Shown in pieces: positions 26,628-39,182 of a stretch of DNA of 64,000 nt. Source of the stretch: Geosiphon pyriformis uo1 (Eukaryota > Fungi > Glomeromycota); contig JAAOMT010000786.1 in assembly GCA_016748015.1 (NCBI GenBank), positions 317,903 to 381,902 on the forward strand. The letters run 5' to 3'. The translations under genes were made by a program, and so were the position numbers. The first letter of the stretch is position 1. Every line of letters starts with the position of its first letter. The notes beneath the pieces were generated by a model. It had not been told where the DNA came from. It saw nothing but the letters and a program-made list of their open reading frames with translations, and did no database searches.

Positions 26628-27755
26628 CATAAATTGTTGGTCATCCCAGGTGAAGGAATTTCAATTCTGATTATAAAATTAGTGATTAATCGTTTTCGCT
26701 GATTTGGACTACAAGAAGTTCTTCCAACTTTTTGAAATTTTTAAGTTACTACCATTATCAGCAATTGCATCATTTTTATCTTCCTTTTTCACTACTTAAT
26801 AGAAGTAAATATAGTGTTAGAAATTTAGGGAATAGGGGTTTCATGACTCCCTTTCTCCTTTGTCTTCTCCTGTCTTGATGGCAAAATGAGGATTTGGGTT
26901 TTCTTTTTTGACTTGATTGGTTTCTTGGCGTTGGATACCGTTTGTTCTGTGTTCTGTTCTGTTCTTGTTCTGTTTTTTTTTTTGAATCTTAATGGACGCG
27001 AGAAACTTTCATAGTTTTAAAAACAAAAACCTGCTCCCATTAGTATATGGGTAGAATTTATGTGACTAGCAAACGTGACATATTTGCCCATTTTTTAGTT
27101 TAAATATAGTATATTTGTTGTTGCTCGAGGTCGGTCGGTCGGTCGATTTTTATGAGGATCATGTCCTCAGTATAGTATATTGAAGGATTGATTGTAAAAA
27201 ACCATATCACCATTTTTTGTATAAACAATGAATCATTGAAATTACGAAAAAAATTGAATATATTACAAAATTTATTTATTTGTTGACAAAAAAACACTCG
27301 TAAGTCGTGGTTTCTTGCATTGGCAAATCCCAGTTAAAATGCAAATAAATCGATTTTGACAATTCTGGCAAAAAGATGATGATTAAACATGAGATAGAAA
27401 CGGTCAAAAAATTCCCAACATCTCAAATTTGATATAAAGTAATTAAAATCTATATTTGATATATATAATATCCATAAAAAACTGAAGATTCTTCATTAAT
27501 TGGAAGTAAATACAATATCTATCATCTAACATGACTACCTAAAAAATGGTTCCGAAACAATAACAGATTGTAATTTTGGAGAAACTTGCAATCTTATTTA
27601 CTATACACTTTCTTTATATGGCGATAAGAATATTTCAAAATAAGAAAGACAAGTCATTGATCAACGACATTAAGATACATAAATTGAATGCATTATTTGT
27701 GGTTGGTTGATTGATGGAAAATTGAAAAACTGGAAGTTTTACCCACTTTTTGGTT

Positions 27756-29138
<1,383 letters not shown>

Positions 29139-29687
29139 TTATAAATCAACGGTATTAAGCTTAAAGATAAAAGTCCTTTAAAAACTAAAGGAAACTAATT
29201 AAATCGGTATAAATCTAAGAGACGCGGAATTGATCGTTAAAAGACAAATATAATAACTAGCAGTCTAAGCCGAGGTGACTCCCTATAACACTGACCAGAA
29301 CTCTTTATGGTATTACTTTGTCTGGAATGATTTTTGATTCGCGAGACTGACGCACTATAGTAATACCAATCTATTCACGTGGGGTTTAGTGATATGCCAT
29401 CATAATGATGATACCAATGGCCTGAGTCGAAATTTGCAGATTATCATAACAGGTAAATTCGCAATTATTATGAAAATATATATTGGTTAAATATTTCAAA
29501 AAAAAAATGAACTTGCTATATTGGAGTTAAAAATAATGATGACAATATTTATTTTAAAATGAAAATTTACGAACATAAAATATTCCATAGTAAAAATACA
29601 TAAACTTAAATTTTTATAATGAAAAGATACTATTAATTTAAATTACCAAAAAATAAAAAAAGTTTTTATTAAAAAAATACTGTCAAT

Positions 29688-29736
29688 CACGTGTACTGGC
29701 TTCACGCGTCTAAGCACGCACAGAAAATGACGCGTG
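29688..29736. promoter_or_regulatory. Cluster of E-box (CACGTG) and two MCB-like ACGCGT boxes
   Basis: CACGTG 29688-29693; ACGCGT 29704-29709 and 29730-29735, forming the inverted repeat CACGCGTC/GACGCGTG at the edge of an extremely AT-rich tract. Confidence 0.4.
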
Positions 29737-31428
29737 CTTCTCAGCTAGAAATCAGGGGCTGATTTAATGGGAGCCATCCTTTGGACATAAGATGCTGTTC
29801 GGCTCTGTTTGTGAGGAATAACCCCTATGGACTTGGGAAGTGCACTATGATTTCTGGCTCCAGCGATTTTTCCCTGAATTAAGATTTCAGCAAGAGATAG
29901 CGCTTTAGTAGTCTTGTCCCGAAGTGCGAGCTGTCCTGCGGAGGAAGTCTGTTAGTTGCTGTTCGGCTCTAATTTGTGCGGTGCTTGTGAGGAACAACAC
30001 CCACAAGTATGATGGTGTTTTCACGATGCTAGGGAAGTTTTAGTTTAGATCATATTATTATAGAGCGTTGTGAGAACCACTATTTTTTGCTTGTGGTAGC
30101 GGTGAGATTTGCAGGAGAGCTTCTTGAGAACAAAGCAAAACATGGTAAATGACCTTCGTTCCATTATTCGGTTTAATCCTGCGATTTTCGACAAGTCCGA
30201 ACTCACGCTCCCATTTCATGCTAAGCACCAATTACTTACACAAAAGAGCCAATTAACTTTACTGCTGTCGTAATGAACTTTTAAAAGGGGATTTAACTTG
30301 CGTGACATGATCAAAACGCTTTCGCTGAAAAGAGTTTCACCGGCAATCGACGACGCAACAGGAGAATTTGTTTATAGAGCTATCAAATTTTAGTAATGTC
30401 GCTCTTCGATAATTTTTGGGTTGATGTGGTGGAAATGGATCATTTAAAATTCCAACCAAATTTGAAAAGTTCCCCTATCCCATTGATTGCTCCTGGTCCA
30501 AATTAAGATACGTCCGTTTGGTATTAAATATTTGCAGAACCATGCTCCAAATTTACATCGTGTTTCTGGTACCGTTTAACATATGTAGAGTATTCTGCGA
30601 TCAACCATGTCTATATTCGGTTTCTTGATTGAACATGTAGCATCAAATCGAACATGGACTATGGAGGCGGGCGCAAGCAAGGAGAAAGGGAAAGACAAAG
30701 CATTAAGCCCCCCTCAGGCGATTGTTGGGAGGAGGTTAAACAAGTAAATTTGAAAATGCACTTTCTTATATTTGATACAAAGTAATATTAGAAGTGCTAA
30801 TAATTGAAATATTTAACAACTTATTCTTTTTCATGTGCTGAATTTAATTTTTGATTTCGCCCTTTTTATCTCCCCCTAATATCTTTTCCACCGAGTTTCT
30901 AATAAGTGAATTCTTCCTTCGGCCGCGAATAATGAGCAATTTATTTAAAACTTTTAACCAACTTGACCATAGACAATATTTTGCCGAATATTTGTCATTG
31001 AAATAAATTCAAATCTTTGACTGGGAAAGATTAATTTAATACCGATTTATTTCTTATCATGAATAGACTAAAATTATTTAATTGTGACATAAAGGAAATT
31101 ACTTTTAATAAGCATTCATCCGAGTCATATACCACCGCAAAACTCAATAAATTACCCTGACAATTAAAGATGGCATTGCAGCTAGTTGTAAATCTTATGA
31201 AGCCTTTTTTATCAAAAAATCATAACTTAAGTTCCAACTGATTAGAAATTTTGGTCACAATCAATCAACAATAAAAATTTTATTAGGCCAATCAAAAACT
31301 CAATTTTTATGATAATCAAACTGAATTTGAATCAATTCGAATTCCTTTGAAGCAGAATTGATATAAATAGATCTAAATAACTGTACAAGGTTAAAAATAT
31401 GTTCATGGAATTGAAATCAAACCATATA

Positions 31429-33725
31429 TTAAAACTCCCTAGAAAACAGAAAAATTAAATTAGATATTTCCAAATTTTTAAACCGTTTTTTAAATCATTG
31501 TCACTCACCAAGCATTTGTCATGTACTTTTGCACCGCCAACAAAGCTTGATACCTCACATCAGAATCTTCGTGAGTCATGAGTTCCATAATACGTTGTTT
31601 CGCACCAATGTCCTGGAGAAATCTAAGTGATGATACACCATAAATTTAGCTCCATTTATTTTATAGAGTACTATATTCTTCCTTACTTTTTTCCACTTGG
31701 ACAATATTTTACATATTGCCCTAAATCATGAGCTGCCACTGCCAAAACTAACTTGTCGTTAGAGGTACTTAGTAGCCGAGCGAGAATTCTACAAAAACAC
31801 AATTTTATTTATCCAAGTGAAAAGAAACACCATAGAGACATAAGAAATATACTTTAATAATTCATGGTCTTGTTCGTTTAATTTCGCAGCATTCTGTTTC
31901 CAGAATTGTTCAGATTCATGTGGCGGCGACCATTGTAACCTCCCTGACCCAATTTCAGAAGCGTATTCATCAAACGTTCTGGAAAATTCGAAACAAATTA
32001 ATATACGTATATAAGAGCAAAATGTGTGAGCCATTCGATTGAAACATACGTAAGACTCTGAAAATTTTCTTGAAGTTCTACTTTCAAAAAATCAATATCT
32101 TCCACTATTTCTGCGTCAGACCATTTTCTAGCTGATAAATTTTCCAGAAAATTCAAGAGCTTGGCCACAAGCATAGAAGGAAGGTTTGCCTCTGGTGCCT
32201 TTTCAACCATGTTCTGCAAATGGATAAGGGATCATACATGTATCATTCTTGAGTTTATAAAGGACACATCTATTTATTTAAATAAGTACCCTGAAAGTTC
32301 CAATAATCACTCGAATAATCTTTTCCTTAATTGCACTCTTTGCAATATCAATTAACGTAGGAATAATATCATATTTTCTAAGGAGATAATCAAAGATATA
32401 ATTTTAACATTTAGTTAGTATTTGATAATAAAAATTTTAATTCGAAACAAATGTATACACCATAATTACTTATTGAATTGGGCGGCAATTTCTTTGATGA
32501 AGGTCAAAAGCCAAAAGCAGAACATGACCTGATACTGCATTTGCGGCGTGGGACTTTTGTCTTTTAATATATTGACCAATCTAAAAGAATAATTGGATTC
32601 ATCACGATACTCAATGATTAAAATATTATATAATCAAGCTGACAGCAAAATCCTCACGCGTCAACTGCTTGAGGGGTATTCCAAAATTTCATCCGATATT
32701 CCGAAACTCTTAATATGGATCCCAAAATTTGTACTGCCAGATCGGATACATGCTGATTGTTACTCTTGATCCTCAATACAATCCACTGAAGAAATTCAGA
32801 AAGATCAAACGGTGGAGGCTTTGGCGCGTAACTTGTTAAAATATGATCATAATCTCATTGAGTAACATTAAATGATTTCATTAAAAGCTCGAATATCAAA
32901 TTAAATAACAAAAAATAAATCCAAAACCAACCATATTAGTAATGTGAGTATCTTCGCAGCAGCCAATCTAATAAATTCGTCATCTTTTTGTAAAAGCCTA
33001 CTCACAATACGCATATTGTTTATGATATTATCATTTTATTATTATGAATGAGAATTGAAAAAAAAAAGTGAATACTTGAGAAATGGACGATATGGAAGTT
33101 CTGGATCTCTGGAAGAGGTTTTATGGAAATAAACAACTGGTTGCTCAGTTTCTAATCAAAATAATAAAAAAAAAGAAATTTTTATTTTGCAAATACATGC
33201 AAGTCTGAATATTAGATAAGGATTAAAATAAGAGGCTTATACCAGAAAACATATCACCGATCAAGACCAAGATATACTGAACGGTATCAATACGCACGGA
33301 TTTTTCTAAAAGACTTATGTACAAATTGGCATATTTTTCTCCTTCCTAGTGATAATAATTCTTTTGTATTTGAATTTTTGATGAGTAAGAATAGTGTTGA
33401 AATTTCGTTAAACGACCTTGTCCAAAAGATTCTGTAGTTGATCTCGACTAAGCTTTTCAACAGTCATAATCAGATCACACTCTTCCTGAGTGATGATATC
33501 TGCGCGTAAATAGCCCTTAAAAATTGAAAGTAAAATAATAAAAGGAATAAGCTCTAAAGTTCCACCCCTTTGACTTTTAACAAAACTCTGGAATCATTTG
33601 ATGCCAAGCACCTCCCAAGGAATTGAACGTCGCAAGTTCTCCCCAAGTTCATCAAAGTAACGATTTGAAACAAACACAGTTGGGACATCGGCCTTATGAT
33701 TATCTTCACTGAGGATATTTGACAT
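31429..33725 (-). CDS. VMA13: V-type ATPase subunit H, multi-exon
   Basis: RSIPWE|GY, DTVQYILVLIGD, QMQYQVMFCFWLLTF, KEKIIRV, RLQWSPPHESEQFWKQNA, AVAAHDLGQYV, VRYQALLAVQK; terminal micro-exon gives WEF*. Confidence 0.93.
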
Positions 33726-34266
33726 GATTGAAACTAACAATTAAATTGAAAAAATATTTTTGTGGATTTAGATGACCAACATCATTGTTTGAGAATCATG
33801 TGATATCTGTATTTACCAAAACTGTTACGATTATATAGTTTTTATAAATATGAAAACTTATATATTATAATATTAATTATTTAAATTAAAAACTTATATT
33901 AAAATTTTATTATAATAATAATAACACATTATAAAAATAACTATTATTGTAAATATATTAATAATAAAGTTTTTTTTTTAAGAAAACAATTTAAAAATAA
34001 TTGAAATTGTTTGTTTAAACGAAGCAAGAAATCATGTGTTAAGTCTTACATGATTGTTTAAATTGAAATTTTTAGCCAATAAATTATTATTCAAAACTTT
34101 AGAGGTTCAGATTCAAGATTTTTTGATTATTAAAGCTTTCACCTTTGAAAAACCATTATGTGAAGAAGTAAATATTAGCATCGCTTTGTACAGAAATTTC
34201 CAGGTCTTTTCATTAAATGTTTAGCTATTAAGAGCGAATAAGTGAAAAACCTTACTTTCGGATTAA

Positions 34267-36430
34267 CTAAACCCTCCACCGCTTGTATAGATCATATTTA
34301 GTCACTACCCCTAAACAAAATTTTCGCTCTGAATCGGTCACAACGGCAAAACTATGATTTTCCTATCAATTGCAGAGGGTTTTTTAATTTTATATTCACA
34401 AAAGTGCCTCAGAAATATATAAACTCGACTCACAAAAAATTTTGCCAATTCAGATAATGGTGTATCTGGGGTGATGATTTGGTAGGGAGCTCTTCTACCC
34501 TCGCCTTTGCCAAATGAGAACATCCAGTCTGAAACTGGATCATCTGGTTGAGCGTGGACAGCATCCAAGTGTGCCTGAAGAGATGACAAAGACACATAGC
34601 CAAGAAGCTTCTTATGCGAATCAATTACAGGAATTTGTGAAAAATCCCTCGATAGCATAATATCTAGTGCCTGGGAAATCTTTGCATTAGGCAATATTGT
34701 GACCGCGGCGGGCAATTGCAAATCTTCCACACTGGCCTATTGGGTAATCTGAAATTGAATTAGAAATGCCTCAAAAATTCTATTAATCGATCTCAAAACT
34801 TAAATTCATACCCCTCTATATTTTTCGATTCTATTGTATTCAAGTTTTTTCATAATTGATTCCTCCATAAGATCATTTTCTAAAAGCCAGTCATCTGATA
34901 ACAAAGTACTACCATAATTGCGTGCTGTATCGTTCAAAATTGTCAAAATACGAGCCTCCCTTTGTTCTTTTATAATTGTTTCGGCATATGATATAGCAGC
35001 ACTAACAACTGAACCCGAAGATGGCCCTATTATTTATCATAAAATATTTGCCTCATCACTTGAAGAGAGATTAATACTTTCTAGTTCTGAGCTTTAATTC
35101 CTTGATTTTTGAATAAGAGAGATGAAATATAAAAAGTATATTACCAGCTAATACACCTTCTCCAATCAGCCTTCGAGCTGTAGCAAATGAATCTTTGTCG
35201 CTGACTTTAAACCAAATATCAATAAGAGATTTGTCCAAAATTGATGGGGTAAAATTGTTGCCAATATCTTCCACCTTCCAGCTCTTTCAATGAAGGTATT
35301 TTAAGTTAGGTTAAAGCAAAAATAATGGGATCATTTTACAATGTACCTTCAGAGTGCTTAGATTGGCAGATTTTCCCTCTTCTATCCTTGAATACTCAGG
35401 TTCTACTGCAACAACCTGTAGTAAAAGCAAAAGGTATTAGAATATTCGAGGCTTTTAAAATTGGAAAATGATTGAAATCTGCGGGAACTAATGAAAAAGT
35501 TTAAAGACCTTCAAGTTTGGAATTTTTGATTTTAATTTTTTGGCGAGACCAGTGATTGTTCCTTAAAAATATTATTCTTTAACTTTTGCTCGTAATTGTG
35601 GATTTTCTAAATCATAATATTTACACACGTACCACCAGATTCTACAGCAACCACAAGAACATCAAGCTTTCCTCCGACTTGTGCAAAGATTTCCTCGGCT
35701 GTCTCTTCATAATGAACTTGGACATTGCTTTGACTAGTGAACTTAAAGAAACTCATCAAAAGTTGAGACATCTACACGGGATAAAGTGAGCAGATCTATT
35801 GACAAAGATTACCTCGTTGATAATTATGGAATTAGGAATTTCTGACAAAAGCTTTTCGGCCAATTTAAAACTACTTTCTGAAGCACCAGGATGCACTTCG
35901 CTTGGGGTTCTTACAATGTCGACCCCCATACTTTGTAGCATTCGAATTCGATCGACTGTTGTCCGTTCAGGTACAAAGACAATTGTTCGATAACCTTTTT
36001 TGTTAGCCATAAGCGCGATGCTAATACCTATTGAATCACTATTGAGTATTTAAGCAAATTGAAAATGCCTCAAACTCACTTTTTTCTTACTCACCGAGAT
36101 TTCCACTAGTTGGTACTAACAAAGTCGTGTCCTGCCCTAGGTTATGAGCCTTTTCAGCATCTATTATTAATTCATAGATTGGTTAAAAGATCTGAAATAT
36201 AATTATCCCCGAAACTCAGCCCGCACCAAAATCAAACCTTGTATAAGTCTGTAAGCAACACGATCTTTGATGCTCCCGGAGACGGGATTTAAAAATTCCA
36301 ATTTAGCTAACAACTCGATTCCTGGTAGACTAAATTTCTCTGCTAACTTAAGCCTAACAATAGGTGTATTGCCAACTAAGGCTAAAGGATCATCAACGAT
36401 AGGGATGGGTGTGAGTTGAATTCGAGACAT
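34267..36430 (-). CDS. Cystathionine beta-synthase-like PLP enzyme (PALP domain + C-terminal CBS pair), divergent
   Basis: LVGNTPIVRL, AKLEFLNPVSGSIKDR (PLP lysine), PTSGNLG, AVESGGTITG, G|PSSGS, NDTARNYG, and CBS repeats RDFSQIPVID and GVVTKYDL. Confidence 0.85.
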
Positions 36431-36636
36431 ATTAATAAACGAGGGAATTTGACCAGGAAATTATTTAAGATTAAAATTATGACATGTTATAGGTTCGTTG
36501 GATCCCTGAATTTGGAGGATCATTTTCCTAATTAGTTAATACAGTAGAGTATATATCGTAATGAAGTTATACAAATTCACTTTGTTACTCTCTTTGAACT
36601 CTCTTTCTATTGCATACATTCATTTCTTTGGATAAG

Positions 36637-37479
36637 ATGGTAAAGTCACTACTTTTTCCATGTATTTGGTTTGAAAACGTTTTAATTTCTTTGAAATATC
36701 AATTCTATGATTGATCTTGAATTCGAAAATTTTGAACCTTTTTCTTGTAGTCTACTCCTGAACAGCTTCATGGTAAGAAAGAATTCCAAAGTAAAAGTTT
36801 CAAGTTAACTTATTAACAATTTACTTTTTTTCTATTCCAGAATACAAAGAAGCCTTTTCACTTTTTGATAAAAAAGGTAATGGAACTATATCTTCAGAAG
36901 CATTAGGAGATTTGCTACGTGCTTTAGGTCAAAATCCTACCCAAGCTGAGGTAATCCAACTTACGAAAGGTGCTGGCTCTGAAAGTATGTAAAAAACTAA
37001 GCTATCTTGGACTAAAGCTTTGCTAAAAAATATACTTAATGGATATTATTTCCTTAAAGTCAAATTTGAAGGATTTGTGAAAATTCTCAATCGTCCTGGC
37101 GGATTTTCACCCATTGGCACTTATGAAGATTTAGCCGAAGGATTTCAAATATTTGATAAAGATCGAACTGGGTATATGACTGCCTCTGAACTAAGATATG
37201 GTATATATAAATGGATGCTTTGAGAAATTAATTGAATTTTTCAATGTATATAAAACTAATAGTTAAATATTTGTTCCAAGTTCTAACAAGTTTGGGAGAA
37301 AAATTAAAGGATGAAGAAGTTGATCAACTTTTCAAGAGTATTCAAGTGGATAATAAAGGAAATATTAAATATGAAGGTGAATATTCAAACCACATACAAC
37401 TGCAAAATTTGATTTTTTTGCTAAAATTAATAAAAAAAATTTTTGCACAGATTTTATCCGACAACTCTTATCTCCCTAA
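36637..37479 (+). CDS. MLC1: Myosin essential light chain (EF-hand; Mlc1/Cdc4 type), with ATG-only first exon
   Basis: [52 protein letters not shown]|VLTSLGEKL; TAA 37477-37479. Confidence 0.92.
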
Positions 37480-37648
37480 AGAAATTTTGTCATTCGAATC
37501 TAGTCACCTTTATTTAATTCTATATAGGCAGTGATTCGAACATAATTGAGCTCAAAAATGAAATTAAAATTATCTGAATTTTATTATTACATAAAATATT
37601 ACAAATAATGTGACTTGTAACAAGTAGATACCAGTTGGTAATTTTAAC

Positions 37649-38979
37649 ATGAACATTCTTCCGCACAAGAGGTTAGCTTTTAAAGAGTATCTTGTAACTT
37701 GAATATGGGAGTCTTTAAACTGATTTTTTGTATACAGCTATCACGTCTACAACATAAAAAACCGCGAAAAAGTTCGCAAAGATGAGGAAAAGGCAAAACT
37801 ACAAGAAGAAGCCAAAAGTGAAAGGGCTCTAACGGCCGTAAGGAAATCAAAGTAGTAATAAGCCAAGTCTTTATGAAACTCTAATAATAAACTTGCTAAC
37901 TAGTAAATTTAGGAACGGGAACATCGTCTGTCCCTTCTCAGACAACGTGCGCAACAACGACAAGAGTGTCCTAAAACTTCTCTCACAGGGGGATCCCCAG
38001 TTTTGTCTCCAACTTTAGGCTTTATCGTCACGGAAAATGATAAACAGACATTAGAAGTTAGATCAAAAATGGCTATTGAGGAGAGCAAAAGTGGCCACAT
38101 TAATTTTTGGGCTGAATTAGAGGAAAATGTATGATATGTTTCCATCTTTTTAACTATTGATCAATCGGGAAATTTTGCTAAAAATTGATTTAGAATTTGT
38201 TGATTTAGAATTTGAAAAATGCCGTTTCAACTAATCCGGAATACGAAGCCGAAAAAAAGGCCAAAGAGGATAAATGGGAAAGGAAGATCACTATGTATTT
38301 GGATGATGTGTCAAAAGGTGAGTAAACAAGGCTTTTTGATTCCAAGGTTTATGGTGTTTTCTTTATATTTGTATTATAGATTTAAAGCCGTGGTATGGGA
38401 CGTTATCCGTTGATTCAAAAAAGTTGAATGAAGAAAAAGAAAAGTGGATCAAGTAAGTTTAGAATATTTCACGTTAATAATAAAAAAGCAAAATTCATAT
38501 AAAACTCAATCTATTTAGGAACAAAGAAGATAAAAGTAAATTACGGAATGATCCCTTAACAACAATGAGCCGTTACCTAGACAAGAAGGCACAAAAAAAA
38601 GAGAAAAAGATTGTCAACAGCTCACATAATACAAATATGAAGGTCATTATACAATAATTGGCCAAGGGGTGCACTTACTCATCAATTAAAAACATATTTG
38701 CTTTTACATTAGGAAACGAGCGTCATTTCTGCACATCCAGATAATACGGGAAAATCAATAGAATTGCTTCGCCGTGAAAGAATTGAAAGAGAGCGTGAAG
38801 AAAGGCTACGCGTTCAAAAGTTGCTCAATCCCAATTTAAGAGTCGAAGAGAGAAAAGGATATAATTCACAATACAATCCTGATGCCACGAATGCAGCTCA
38901 TCATCTCCATGGGCGCCGTGGTAGTGACAGACATTATGATCACCGGCGCTCTAATAGATATCAGCCGAATCCTTATTGA
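37649..38979 (+). CDS. LENG1: LENG1-like protein (CIR N-terminal domain), multi-exon
   Basis: N-terminus MNILPHK-S-YHVYN..NREKVRKDEE, GHINFW, PWY, DPL, LRRERIERE.EER, YNSQYNP. Confidence 0.8.
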
Positions 38980-39182
38980 TTCGAATACAAAAGAAATAGT
39001 AGTAAATTCTTCTTGTTTTATTTCTCTAAAATCATTCTGAAGTCGACTTAATAATTTGAGACTTTGTTTTGGACAGTAAATTAGTAGGGGAATTATTCTA
39101 GTGCGTTTATTGAAGCAAAATTCATCTATACTATTTATTAATTACTTGTTACATATTATGTTATCAATTGTTTACCATTACT

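Noticed and set aside
29772-30003. U4atac-like words (CCATCCTT, ACAACAC) and RNase P/MRP-like words in the island
   Set aside because: Spacing is about 220 nt, too long for U4atac; the stem-I GCTAAC motif is missing; the P/MRP conserved regions are not in the required order.
30041-30053. 13-nt match (TAGTTTAGATCAT) to the LINE 3' UTR, suggesting a SINE tail
   Set aside because: Short and AT-rich, with no flanking similarity or tail; compatible with chance.
29790-30135. CRISPR-like array
   Set aside because: Only two good repeat copies, irregular spacing, eukaryotic context and no cas genes.
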